64,000 bases of DNA from positions 32,001 to 96,000 of the forward strand of contig CAVXDX010000008.1 in NCBI GenBank assembly GCA_963760615.1. The letters run 5' to 3'. Source of the DNA: an uncultured Candidatus Micrarchaeota archaeon. GTDB lineage: Archaea; Micrarchaeota; Micrarchaeia; Burarchaeales; Fermentimicrarchaeaceae. The notes below the pieces were generated by a model, which saw only the letters and a list, made by a program, of their open reading frames with translations, was not told the DNA's origin and searched no databases. Both the position numbers and the translations under genes were made by a program. Positions 55,081-64,000 of this stretch are shown here, piece after piece; within the stretch, counting starts at the first letter, position 1, and the number at the start of each line of letters is the position of its first letter.

Positions 55081-57786
55081 ATGAGAAAAATAGCTCTTCT
55101 TGCTGTGCTCATGCTTGTTTCCGGCTGCATCTTCTTCCCTCCTCCGCCCGAGGATAAATACTCCCTCTTTTCATACCTGCCGTCAGATGGCGCCACCGGG
55201 GCTTTTTTAGTAGATGTTAAGGAGCCCGCATTCAGCGAGATCACCTCTCTGCTGGGAAAACTACTAAGCGGCAAGGTTGGTTACGTGAAGGGGATGCAGA
55301 TCGCAGTACTCAGCTATGATGACGGAAGCAGCGCCGGCATTATTCAGATGAGGACAAACCTCAGCATTGGAGAGGTGCTTGAGGGAATTCCGACATATTC
55401 CTTGGGTATTGGGTCCTCAAGCCCTGAATTCGTGAATGAGACCAAGAGGATTGGTAACAGGGATGTTACGCTTCTATACTCGAAGGACGACACAAGTAAG
55501 AAGAATCCGCTATGCACGTGGAGGGAGGGGGACTGGCTGAAGGTGCTTTACTACCAGAAAGGTTATTCAAGCTCTTACCCACAATGCACATTCCCAGCAG
55601 GCTTCTCCTGCGTGTCATATGATATTAACGGGAACAACGAGCTGTACATTAAGCTGGGGCAGGGCACGGGTCATTCAATAAAAGTAAACTCCATACTCTG
55701 CACTTCGAGTACTGATTATAAGGAGTATATGAATGTTAATACTCCGCTCTTGAATCCGGTCAGCATAGATTCCGGCAGCGCTGCGGATATAGCTGGAGGT
55801 AGCAGTGGTAACACCATAACATGCAACGGCATTAGCGGGGGGAAATTCTCTGGGAGGATTTACATAAACTATACTGAAACAGACACCGGACTCAGCAGAA
55901 TTGCAGCAGGCACACTCTATGTATCTCTCGCTGGCAATGCAACAAAGGAAAAACGCTGTGACACTATTCTGGAGAGTACCTATGATACCACGAACGCTAA
56001 AGAACTGCTTGCAGAAAGTGCCAGTATTGGGGGCAGTCTCACAGCCTCTGGCACTATGTTTGGGGAGGGAATGGCGAGCTTTAATAACCAGAGCGTGTAC
56101 ATGGCAGCGTTTGGGGATGATGATGGGGATTACGGAGTCGGAATTATTGAGGGGAGCAGCCAGGGCAGTAACATGTGCTACAGCGGGATGGGGAGTTCAG
56201 GCAACAGCGCAGAGATTGTTAAGCGTGGCAGTATGGAAGCCTGCATTATGGGTTACAGCGGAGGCGGAGTATCTGATGTTTACTCCTTGCTGGGGGCTGG
56301 GAAACAGTTCTTAACCATGCAGCGAAAAGTCGGGAATTACTCCATAATGCTCATAGCCTATGTGAAGGGCGACAAGGAGAAGGTTAAGAGCAATGCAGAG
56401 GACATCGTCTTTGGAATCAACCTCCCTGGTGAGGAGGTGAGCTGGACTGACAGGATGAACCTCCATGTGAAGGTTTATGAGACATTTGAAGGAAGTTTTG
56501 ACCGGCAGCCTGTCGCCGATGCGAAGGTGGAGCTTTACAATGAAAGCTACGCGTATCCTGTATACGACTCATACGGAGCAGGAAAGCAAGAGCCAATAAA
56601 AACCGCATACACGGACGACAACGGGATTGTTGATTTTGTTAACATTGATATTGGGGATTATAACATTGTGACCAGCAAGCCGGGTTATTCAAAAGATACG
56701 GAGTATGTATACCCTGGCGGAAGCAGTAACATCAGCATTATGCTGCAAAAGCTTGAGCCGCTGAGGGTCAACGTCCGGGAGGGGAGCTACTCAAGCAGCG
56801 TCCCGGTTGCAGAGGCGAAGGTTGTTCTGTACAACGGGAGTTCGATATTTGCTGATGGAGGCGCAGGAGGCTACACCCAGAATTATGAAGTGATTGATAC
56901 GAAATACACGAATGCAAGCGGCGTTGCGGATTTTGGAAAGAGGAGTATTGAAAACGGTAAGATTGTTGTGAGCAAGGAGAGCTATGAAGATTATAATACG
57001 TATTTATCGACATATTCCAGAAATATAACTGTCTACCTCACAAAGAAGTATAATTACTATAATTACAGTGGGGAACCATTTACTGTAACTGTGCGGAGCT
57101 ATGACACTTCAGGGTTGACTTTAAACAATATTGAAGGAGCGAAGGTCAGTATTTACAACAAGACCTCGGTAGGTAGTTACACACTTGCCATGACGAATTA
57201 CACAGATTCAAATGGAGTGGCAAAGTTAAACGGTGGGAATATTGTGACTGGGAAAGTTACTGTAGAAAAGGAGGGGTACGGGGCGTATAGTGAGTACTTT
57301 TACTATTATAACACCAGGAATATTATGGTGTATCTCAGCCTAGCAAACCTAAACCAGACTTATGGATATAACAAACCTTCTGCTCCTGCTGAGAACTGCA
57401 GCGGGAATTACACGCTGAGAGTTTGGCCTTCTGATGCTGCAACTGCAACATGCACGGACAGTAACGGCGCGGTTATCCCTTCAACAGGAGAGAATGCTGC
57501 GGACTGGTTCAACTATGGTGGGTGCGGAGGGTGGAAGACGTATAATGTAACACCGGGCTCTCAAGTGATGATACAGGGGTATAGCGACAGTTGCGCAGGA
57601 TGCAGTCTTTGGCATATAAATTACTATTTGCATGATTACTACAACTCCACCTGGCATAATGTAGGGTATGTAGATGGGCCTGATGAGCTTGGCGCAACCT
57701 ATGATTTCTGTTATACTCCAAAAGGAAACAGGATAAATATAGAAGCTGAAACTGGTTTCTATGTAAAAGTATTCAAAAAAGGTTAG
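55081..57786 (+). CDS. Large surface lipoprotein with pilin-head-like domain and repeated carboxypeptidase-regulatory-like beta domains
   Basis: Lipobox LVSGC; about 3-4 repeats of V.DAKV.LYN...TD.NG...K.GY; CTFPAGFSC...GQGTG insert. Confidence 0.75.
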   Translation: MRKIALLAVLMLVSGCIFFPPPPEDKYSLFSYLPSDGATGAFLVDVKEPAFSEITSLLGKLLSGKVGYVKGMQIAVLSYDDGSSAGIIQMRTNLSIGEVLEGIPTYSLGIGSSSPEFVNETKRIGNRDVTLLYSKDDTSKKNPLCTWREGDWLKVLYYQKGYSSSYPQCTFPAGFSCVSYDINGNNELYIKLGQGTGHSIKVNSILCTSSTDYKEYMNVNTPLLNPVSIDSGSAADIAGGSSGNTITCNGISGGKFSGRIYINYTETDTGLSRIAAGTLYVSLAGNATKEKRCDTILESTYDTTNAKELLAESASIGGSLTASGTMFGEGMASFNNQSVYMAAFGDDDGDYGVGIIEGSSQGSNMCYSGMGSSGNSAEIVKRGSMEACIMGYSGGGVSDVYSLLGAGKQFLTMQRKVGNYSIMLIAYVKGDKEKVKSNAEDIVFGINLPGEEVSWTDRMNLHVKVYETFEGSFDRQPVADAKVELYNESYAYPVYDSYGAGKQEPIKTAYTDDNGIVDFVNIDIGDYNIVTSKPGYSKDTEYVYPGGSSNISIMLQKLEPLRVNVREGSYSSSVPVAEAKVVLYNGSSIFADGGAGGYTQNYEVIDTKYTNASGVADFGKRSIENGKIVVSKESYEDYNTYLSTYSRNITVYLTKKYNYYNYSGEPFTVTVRSYDTSGLTLNNIEGAKVSIYNKTSVGSYTLAMTNYTDSNGVAKLNGGNIVTGKVTVEKEGYGAYSEYFYYYNTRNIMVYLSLANLNQTYGYNKPSAPAENCSGNYTLRVWPSDAATATCTDSNGAVIPSTGENAADWFNYGGCGGWKTYNVTPGSQVMIQGYSDSCAGCSLWHINYYLHDYYNSTWHNVGYVDGPDELGATYDFCYTPKGNRINIEAETGFYVKVFKKG

Positions 57787-58636
57787 GGGATTTATTTCTT
57801 CCGTACCAGTAAACATACTGCTGGGCATAGCCAGCATAGCCGTCCCAGTAATCTCTTGCAAAGCTCTGAATCTCCGCATCGCTCAATTTCTTGTTTTTGA
57901 AATAAACTTTTTTCATGCTCCTCCTCACCCATACATCCACCGGGAAGGATTCCAGCTTGCCATAGGAGAAAAGCATTACGCAGTCTGCTATCTTTTCACC
58001 CACTCCCTTTATCCTCATGAGTTCCATCCTGCTCTCAGGGTAGCTCATCCCTGCTATCCCGCTTAGGTCAATTCTTCCCGAGCATGCTTTTGCCGCATTC
58101 TTCAGGTACTCCGCCCTGAAGCCTAGCTTGCACTGCTTCAGGGATTTGGAATCAGCTTCAGAGAGGCTGCGGGCATCTGGGAAGCGGTAGAAGCATTCCC
58201 CTTCAACCTTGACTTTTTCACCAAATTTACGCGAGATGTTGCCAACGATGCACTTTATATTCCTGAGGTTGTTGTTGGCAGAGCATATGAAGCACGCCAG
58301 AGTCTCCCAAGGGTCTGAGAGTGTCAACCTCAGACCGTAGAGCTCCCTCACTGCCTCCAGCATGAATTCATCTTTTATAAGCTTCTTGTAGATGAGCTTC
58401 ATGTCATCCTTCAGCCTGAACCTGTCCTCCACCACCTCTCTGATTTCGCGCTCGCTACCCTCTCCCTTCCATTCAACCCTCAACGCATCCTGGGTCTGCT
58501 GCATTGAAACGAGAGCTCGGTTGACAAGAAATTGCGCACGGCCATTCCGGTAATCCATCAGGAAAAACGGAGGCTGCCCGCTGAGCAGGGTGTGCTCAAG
58601 GCTGAAGCATCTTACCGGGATTTCTATGGCAGGCAT
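57773..58636 (-). CDS. 8-oxoguanine DNA glycosylase (OGG1-like, HhH-GPD)
   Basis: DPWETLACFICSANNN, LGFRAEY, IKGVGEKIADC, FPVDVWV, YAGYAQQY. Confidence 0.92.
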   Translation of the reverse strand: MPAIEIPVRCFSLEHTLLSGQPPFFLMDYRNGRAQFLVNRALVSMQQTQDALRVEWKGEGSEREIREVVEDRFRLKDDMKLIYKKLIKDEFMLEAVRELYGLRLTLSDPWETLACFICSANNNLRNIKCIVGNISRKFGEKVKVEGECFYRFPDARSLSEADSKSLKQCKLGFRAEYLKNAAKACSGRIDLSGIAGMSYPESRMELMRIKGVGEKIADCVMLFSYGKLESFPVDVWVRRSMKKVYFKNKKLSDAEIQSFARDYWDGYAGYAQQYVYWYGRNKSPNLF

Positions 58637-60123
58637 AGCACATTACCTTCTATCAATGAGCGCAGTTTTTCCGGCAGGTTCTGGGATGCCTCCCTAGTCT
58701 GCTTACCATCGTTTCTGAAGCGTATTGTGGCAGTTCCGTCTTTCAAAGTCTGATAGTCAACTGTTATGCAGTATGGAACGCCTATCTCATCAGCCCTCGC
58801 ATACCTTTTCCCTATGCTTCCTGTTTCATCATACAGGATGTCAAACCCCTTAGCTCTTAGCAGATCTGCAACAGCGGATGCCTTCTCTGCAAGCCCATCC
58901 TTTTTCATGAGGGGCAGCACAGCGGCATCAAATGGAGAGATGAAGGCAGGAAAATCAAACCACTCCCAGTCCCTCTTCTCCGCTCCTCCTCCCTTCCTGT
59001 AGCAGTGCTCCAAGATGCAGAGTATTGTTCTGTCAACCCCGAAACTCGGCTCGACCACGTGAGGAATGACTCTGCTTCCATCCTCAAGAGTGACAGACAA
59101 ATCCTTTCCGCTTGCTTGCGAGTGGCTCTTCAAATCGTAATCAGTCCTGTAGGCATTGCCTATAACCTCAACCCAGCCCATTGAGGTTTTCACCTCCAAG
59201 TCTATATTGCCACCAGAGTAGTGAGGCGTCTCCTCAGGAAGCATATGCCTGAACCTCAGCGCATCATGGGGTATGCCGAGCTTCAGGTAGAACTGCATCT
59301 CCCTTGCCATGAAGTATCCCATCGCCTCATTCGGCACAATTTTTTTCTCAACCGCCTCCTTTGCCGTGAGCTCAATGCACTTATCACTGCCATTTTTCTG
59401 CTCCTCTCTTGTGTATATTCTGAGCTTCTCATTCTCAACCTGTTTGAACTTTGGGTGTGCCGGTGAGGATAGGTTGAAGAAATACTCCAGCTCCATCTGA
59501 CTGAACTCCCTCAATCTAATAAGCCCCTGCCTCGGGGATATCTCATTCCTGAAGGACTTTCCAATCTGCGCTATGCCCATAGGCAGCTTTGACCCATGGC
59601 TCCTGAAAATCCTCTGGAAGTCCAGGAAGATTCCTTGAGCGGTTTCAGGCCGTATGTAGCCTGTCGCACCTTCCATCGGGCCTATGTTTGTCTTGAACAT
59701 GAGGTTGAACCAGCCCACTTCCCCTAGAGGACCGCCACATTCCGGGCAGACTATTTTTTTCTCTTTCATCTCCTTTGTAAGCTGCTCGGGTTTCATCCCC
59801 TCGCATCTGAACTTTCCCTTCTCCTCCAGCAGGTGGTCTGCTCTGAATTTCTTCTTGCATTTCAGGCATTCTACAACAGGGTCCCCGAAGCATGAGAGGT
59901 GGCCCGAGGCCTTTAGGACAGCCTCTGGGAGTATGTAAACAGTCTCTATCTCAAAATATCCGTCTCTTCTGAGGAAGAAGTTTCTCCAGTAGTCCTCAAG
60001 TTTCCTCTTTAGAGCTTTACCCACAGGCCCGTAGTCATAGAACCCTCCAACAGGTGAGTAGAGCTCGTTTGATGGGATTATTATCGAGCGCTTCAGCGCT
60101 ATCTCCATTACGTCCTGCATCAT
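58624..60123 (-). CDS. glyS: Glycyl-tRNA synthetase (alpha2 type)
   Basis: YDYGPVG, RPETAQG, FRNEISPRQGLIRLREF, EPSFGVDR, SIGKRYARADEIG. Confidence 0.97.
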   Translation of the reverse strand: MMQDVMEIALKRSIIIPSNELYSPVGGFYDYGPVGKALKRKLEDYWRNFFLRRDGYFEIETVYILPEAVLKASGHLSCFGDPVVECLKCKKKFRADHLLEEKGKFRCEGMKPEQLTKEMKEKKIVCPECGGPLGEVGWFNLMFKTNIGPMEGATGYIRPETAQGIFLDFQRIFRSHGSKLPMGIAQIGKSFRNEISPRQGLIRLREFSQMELEYFFNLSSPAHPKFKQVENEKLRIYTREEQKNGSDKCIELTAKEAVEKKIVPNEAMGYFMAREMQFYLKLGIPHDALRFRHMLPEETPHYSGGNIDLEVKTSMGWVEVIGNAYRTDYDLKSHSQASGKDLSVTLEDGSRVIPHVVEPSFGVDRTILCILEHCYRKGGGAEKRDWEWFDFPAFISPFDAAVLPLMKKDGLAEKASAVADLLRAKGFDILYDETGSIGKRYARADEIGVPYCITVDYQTLKDGTATIRFRNDGKQTREASQNLPEKLRSLIEGNVLCLP

Positions 60124-60195
60124 ACAATCATCTGAGTTGATTAGAGATGAGAAGATAAATAAATGTTGACTTTTTAAATACTACTCGGTGATTGA

Positions 60196-60969
60196 ATGGG
60201 ACGGGAAGAACTTCTTGAGAAAGCTAGGGCAGGAGTCAAGGAAGCCTATCTGGAGAAGGACAGGCCGCTCATACAGTGCGTCAATGCCATAAATGAGTTG
60301 GACAAGACGAGCAACCTTCTTTTCGAGAGGGTGCAGGAGTGGTATGGGATATATTTCCCTGAGCTCAGGATAAGGGAGCCTGAGAAGTACTGCGAGCTTG
60401 TTACAAAGGTTGACCGGAGCAACATAAAAGTGGATGAGATTTCCTCCATAGTCGGAGAGGAGAAGGCAAGAGAGATTCAGGAGAGGGCTCAGAGAAGCAT
60501 GGGGGTGGACTTGGGGGAGAAGGATTTAGAGAAGGTGAGGGAGCTTGCGAAGGAAGTTCTCAACCTCAGAATGCTGAGCAACTCCATAGAGAAGTATGAA
60601 ACCGAGCTTACAAAGGAGCTCTGCCCCAACCTCACCTATCTGATTGACGCCCCGCTTGCTGCAAAGCTCATAGCGCATGCGGGAAGCCTGAAGAGACTCG
60701 CAACCATGCCCGCTAGCACAATTCAAGTTCTAGGAGCAGAGAAGGCACTTTTCAAGCACCTCAGGCAGCACACAAAATCTCCAAAGCATGGGATTCTTTT
60801 CCAGCATCCATGGGTGAATTCAGCTCCAAAGAAGGAGAGGGGGAAGATAGCAAGACTGCTCTCAACGAAGATAGCCATTGCTCTGAAAGCTGATTTCTAC
60901 ACAAAGCGCTTCATTGCAGAGAAGCTGAAGCAGGATTTGGACAGGAGGATGAAGGAGATAAAGGGATAG
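60196..60969 (+). CDS. nop5: Nop5/Nop56 C/D-box RNP protein
   Basis: EWYGIYFPEL, CPNLT, PASTIQVLGAEKALF, PKHGILFQ. Confidence 0.93.
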   Translation: MGREELLEKARAGVKEAYLEKDRPLIQCVNAINELDKTSNLLFERVQEWYGIYFPELRIREPEKYCELVTKVDRSNIKVDEISSIVGEEKAREIQERAQRSMGVDLGEKDLEKVRELAKEVLNLRMLSNSIEKYETELTKELCPNLTYLIDAPLAAKLIAHAGSLKRLATMPASTIQVLGAEKALFKHLRQHTKSPKHGILFQHPWVNSAPKKERGKIARLLSTKIAIALKADFYTKRFIAEKLKQDLDRRMKEIKG

Positions 60970-60970
60970 C

Positions 60971-61618
60971 ATGAGGGTGCTCGCTCTTTCTGATCTGCAT
61001 GCTGAAGAGGCAGTTCTTGATTGGTTAGGCAGCTTGCTGAAGAAAGAGAGGTTTGATTTAATTCTCATCTTGGGGGATATAACACAGAGAGGACCGCTCT
61101 CCTACGCAGAGGATTTGCTTGATGCTCTCAATGGTGAGAATGTCCTCGCAATTCACGGGAACATGGATACGCAACACGTTGTTGAGTTACTTGAGAAGAG
61201 GGGCATCTTCTTCCACCTGAAGAAAGTTGAGATGGGGGGGTGGAATTTCATTGGCTTTGGCGGGAGCAACCCAACTCCATTTGGAACTCCGATTGAATAC
61301 TCGGAGGAGCAGATTTACAGCGAGCTCAGCAGGATGAGTATGAATTCGAAAACAATTCTTGTCACTCATTCCCCTCCATACGACTCAGGAGTTGACAGAA
61401 CATCAAAAGGTGTTAGCGCAGGCAGCAGGGCGATAAGGAGGATAATTGAGGAGGAGAAGCCTTTCATGGACATATGCGGACACATCCATGAAGCTGAAGG
61501 GGAGGCAATGATTGGGAGCACAAGAGTCATTAAAGTTCCACCTGCAATGAACGGAAATGCGCTGGAGGTTGAGCTTGGGGATTCTTCTGTAAAGAAGATT
61601 AATCTGAAGGGGATTTAA
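60971..61618 (+). CDS. Calcineurin-like metallophosphoesterase
   Basis: SDLH, GDIT, GNMD, THSPP, CGHIHEA. Confidence 0.92.
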   Translation: MRVLALSDLHAEEAVLDWLGSLLKKERFDLILILGDITQRGPLSYAEDLLDALNGENVLAIHGNMDTQHVVELLEKRGIFFHLKKVEMGGWNFIGFGGSNPTPFGTPIEYSEEQIYSELSRMSMNSKTILVTHSPPYDSGVDRTSKGVSAGSRAIRRIIEEEKPFMDICGHIHEAEGEAMIGSTRVIKVPPAMNGNALEVELGDSSVKKINLKGI

Positions 61619-61661
61619 AAAAGCATCCTGAGAAGAGTTAATGAGTTGCTGGGGTGGTTGG

Positions 61662-62429
61662 ATGGCGGAGTTTGCTGAAAGGACAAAAACCGGCATGGCT
61701 GGGCTGGATGAGCTGCTGAATGGCGGCATACCAAAGAATGCAGTTGTCCTCATCTCAGGAGGAGCGGGCTCTGGGAAGACAGTGATGGGTCTGCAGTTCC
61801 TTGCGAAAGGCGCTACGGATTACGGCGAGAAGGGCATATATGTAACCTTTGAGGAAAGCCGGGAGGATATAATCAGCCAGGCAGCTCAGTTTGGGTGGGA
61901 TTTGGCAAAGCTGGAGGATGACGGCAAGCTCAAGATAGTTACATTCACTCCTTCAAAACACCACCTATCCTTCGTAAACTTTCAGCTTGATGAGATGATA
62001 AGCACCTTCAAGCCAAGCAGGCTCGTCTACGACTCGATATCAACAATTGGCGTATACGCAGAGATTCTTGCAGATGTTGAGACACTGACAAGCCTGGGCT
62101 TGAAGAAGGAGGACATGGCGATAGAGCTGCGTCCAGACACTGTCACGCGCAGGGCAGTCATGGATATAATGTCCAGGCTCAAATCCTACGAGCTCACCTC
62201 GCTTGTGATATCAGAGTTACCCAAGCAGTCCAACTTCCTCAGCAGGGATACTGTGAGTGAGTTCGTGGCTGATGGCATAATAGTTTTGCATTGCCTTGAG
62301 AGAAAGGAGAAGAAGATAAGGGCTATTGAGGTTCTGAAGATGAGGAGGACAAAACACTCAATGGATCTGATACCGATGCTCATGGGGGATAATGGAATAG
62401 AAGTCCTCACAGAAGAGAAGGTCTACTGA
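61662..62429 (+). CDS. Single-domain KaiC/RecA-superfamily ATPase
   Basis: TGMAGLDELLNGGIP, GGAGSGKT, VTFEE, DSIS, LKMRRT. Confidence 0.92.
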   Translation: MAEFAERTKTGMAGLDELLNGGIPKNAVVLISGGAGSGKTVMGLQFLAKGATDYGEKGIYVTFEESREDIISQAAQFGWDLAKLEDDGKLKIVTFTPSKHHLSFVNFQLDEMISTFKPSRLVYDSISTIGVYAEILADVETLTSLGLKKEDMAIELRPDTVTRRAVMDIMSRLKSYELTSLVISELPKQSNFLSRDTVSEFVADGIIVLHCLERKEKKIRAIEVLKMRRTKHSMDLIPMLMGDNGIEVLTEEKVY

Positions 62430-63638
62430 TCACTTCAGTATGCCGAAGCCGCAGAGCCTCCATCTCTGGCCTATTTTTCTGCTTATAGCTATTTTGGTTT
62501 TGCTCTCGGCGCAGACTGGCCTTCTAAGAGTGACGCTCATGACATTCTTCTTAATTTTTTGCACAAAACCTATGGAGGTGGATGTGCCAATGCCGAGCAC
62601 AAGGGGCTCATTCATCTTGAATGGCGGGTTCTCCATATCCGGCCTCTTGAGTAGATTGAACTCCATCTCAAAAACATCAGTAGTCTCAGGGAGCATCCCC
62701 GTCTTCCCAAGCATGTTGCCGACAAGGGTATCGGCCTTTGTGAGGGAGGGATCCAGGCTTGTCCCGACTGCTATGAGGCCTCCGGGAACTGCGCTCTCCA
62801 GCCTCTCCTTCCCCGCGCTGAGGGCCACAATCTTCGTGGTTATTGAGTGGTACTTCTCCTTCCCTTTCTCACCCCTCAGTGTCCCGGGCCTCATCTCTAT
62901 TTCATCACCCACCTTAAGCTCTCCCTGGATTAGCGAGCCGCCAACGACTCCTCCAACGAGCTTCTCAATATGCGTGCCTGGCTTGTTCACATCGAAAGAG
63001 CGCGCCACATACATTCTAGGTGATGCGCTCAAATTTCTCTCAGGAGTGGGAATGTGTCCCTGTATCTCTGCAATGAGAACATCCAGGTTGAGGCAGTAGT
63101 TGGCAACAAAGGGAATAATGGGGGCCTTCTCTGCCATAGTTCCTTTGACGAAGTTCTTTATCTGCTCGTAATTGGCTTTTGCTTTTGCCTTGTCGACCAA
63201 ATCCACCTTGTTCTGCACTATGACAATGTTCTTCACTCCAAGGATGTCAAGAATCATGAGGTGCTCCAGCGTCTGGGGCTGGGGGCACTGCTCGTTCGCA
63301 GCTATGACGAGTATGGCTCCGTCTATTATGCTTGACGCTGCAATTGCGGTTGCCATGAGCGTTTCATGGCCCGGCGCATCAAGAAAGGACACTCTTCTGA
63401 TGATATCACTTGCAGCACCACATTTAGGACATTTCTCCTCAACTGTGAACGCCTCAGGCTCAGGGCATCTGGGGCATTTCCTGAAAACAGCATCGGCATA
63501 GCCCAGCTTTATAGTGATGCCCCTCTTCTTCTCCTCGCTGTGGACAAGTGTCCAAACGCCAGTAAGGCATTTAACAACGGATGTCTTGCCATGCTCCACA
63601 TGACCGAGAAGACCTATGTTGACCTCAGCCTGACCCAA
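62430..63638 (-). CDS. eif2g: Translation initiation factor 2 gamma subunit
   Basis: QAEVNIG, RGITIKLGYAD, zinc knuckle, DAPGHE, QPQT.EHL, NKVD, RSFDVNKPG, WRLCGFG. Confidence 0.97.
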   Translation of the reverse strand: MGQAEVNIGLLGHVEHGKTSVVKCLTGVWTLVHSEEKKRGITIKLGYADAVFRKCPRCPEPEAFTVEEKCPKCGAASDIIRRVSFLDAPGHETLMATAIAASSIIDGAILVIAANEQCPQPQTLEHLMILDILGVKNIVIVQNKVDLVDKAKAKANYEQIKNFVKGTMAEKAPIIPFVANYCLNLDVLIAEIQGHIPTPERNLSASPRMYVARSFDVNKPGTHIEKLVGGVVGGSLIQGELKVGDEIEMRPGTLRGEKGKEKYHSITTKIVALSAGKERLESAVPGGLIAVGTSLDPSLTKADTLVGNMLGKTGMLPETTDVFEMEFNLLKRPDMENPPFKMNEPLVLGIGTSTSIGFVQKIKKNVMSVTLRRPVCAESKTKIAISRKIGQRWRLCGFGILK

Positions 63639-63649
63639 TCAACCACCGC

Positions 63650-64000
63650 TCACTTCTTCTCTTCCTTTGGCTTCGGGGGGAATAGCTCCTCAAGTTTCTT
63701 CTCGCCAGCTTCTGTCACCTTGGTGTTAATTTGAACCGTCTCGTCTGTGATGAGGTTTCCCCTCAAGCTCTTCTTCCTTCTTTCCCCTTTTCTCTTCGCC
63801 CTGAAGCCCACTCCGCCAGAAAGAAGCAGCCTAGCCTTCCTTCCTCCCCTCAAATCCTTCCTCATTGGAAAGCCATCCTTGTCACTACCTCCGGTTATCT
63901 GGAGCTTGTAGCCGCCTGCGCCGACAGCACCGCCGTCAAGAGCATCTCCAAGCTTCAAGCCCACAAGAGCAGCCTCCTTATCCTTGGCTATATCTGTCTG
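63650..64000 (-). CDS. rps6e: 30S ribosomal protein S6e, 5' end cut by window edge
   Basis: GLKLGD, YKLQITGGSDKDGFPMRKD, GERRKKSLRGN, VQIN. Confidence 0.95.
   Translation of the reverse strand, partial: QTDIAKDKEAALVGLKLGDALDGGAVGAGGYKLQITGGSDKDGFPMRKDLRGGRKARLLLSGGVGFRAKRKGERRKKSLRGNLITDETVQINTKVTEAGEKKLEELFPPKPKEEKK

Noticed and set aside
61662-62429. KaiC as a circadian clock component
   Set aside because: Single-domain KaiC-like ATPases are common in archaea; no kaiA or kaiB nearby.

Overview
Archaeal genomic window, most likely DPANN/Candidatus Micrarchaeota (inferred from PolD, aIF2-gamma, S6e, Nop5, Micrarchaeota-style pilin domains and a non-canonical tRNA intron). The right third (about 42.6-64 kb) is mostly core genome: MFS, argS, a ThiI/MnmA-like enzyme, PolD DP1/DP2, glyS, nop5, a KaiC-like ATPase, eif2g, rps6e, and tRNA-Pro and tRNA-Arg. 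The left two thirds look like a stack of elements integrated at the 3' end of tRNA-Leu(CAG) (42477-42562, minus strand). Its terminal 11 bp (TGCAGGGGGTG on plus) recur exactly at 17861 and 4234. The 42477 and 17861 copies each lie about 100 bp upstream of a homologous 401-aa tyrosine integrase. Eroded copies of the junction occur at about 3062 and 1311. The tRNA-proximal unit (17861-42487, about 24.6 kb) is an ICE-like element. It carries VirB4 (with a C-terminal nuclease-like domain), PrgI-like, VirB6-like and two VirB2-like pilin genes, Cdc6 plus a mini-histone, two DNA methylases, a putative restriction enzyme and a Shedu nuclease, but no recognisable relaxase or coupling protein. The next unit (4234-17871) carries an integrase, an AbiE-type toxin-antitoxin pair and an iron/Fe-S homeostasis module. 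Also present: an intact solo TnpB element with a 48-nt mini-derivative and an orphan left end, a 1.1-kb tRNA-Pro mini-island, and several repeated cis motifs. All calls are by eye from motifs; no database searches were run.
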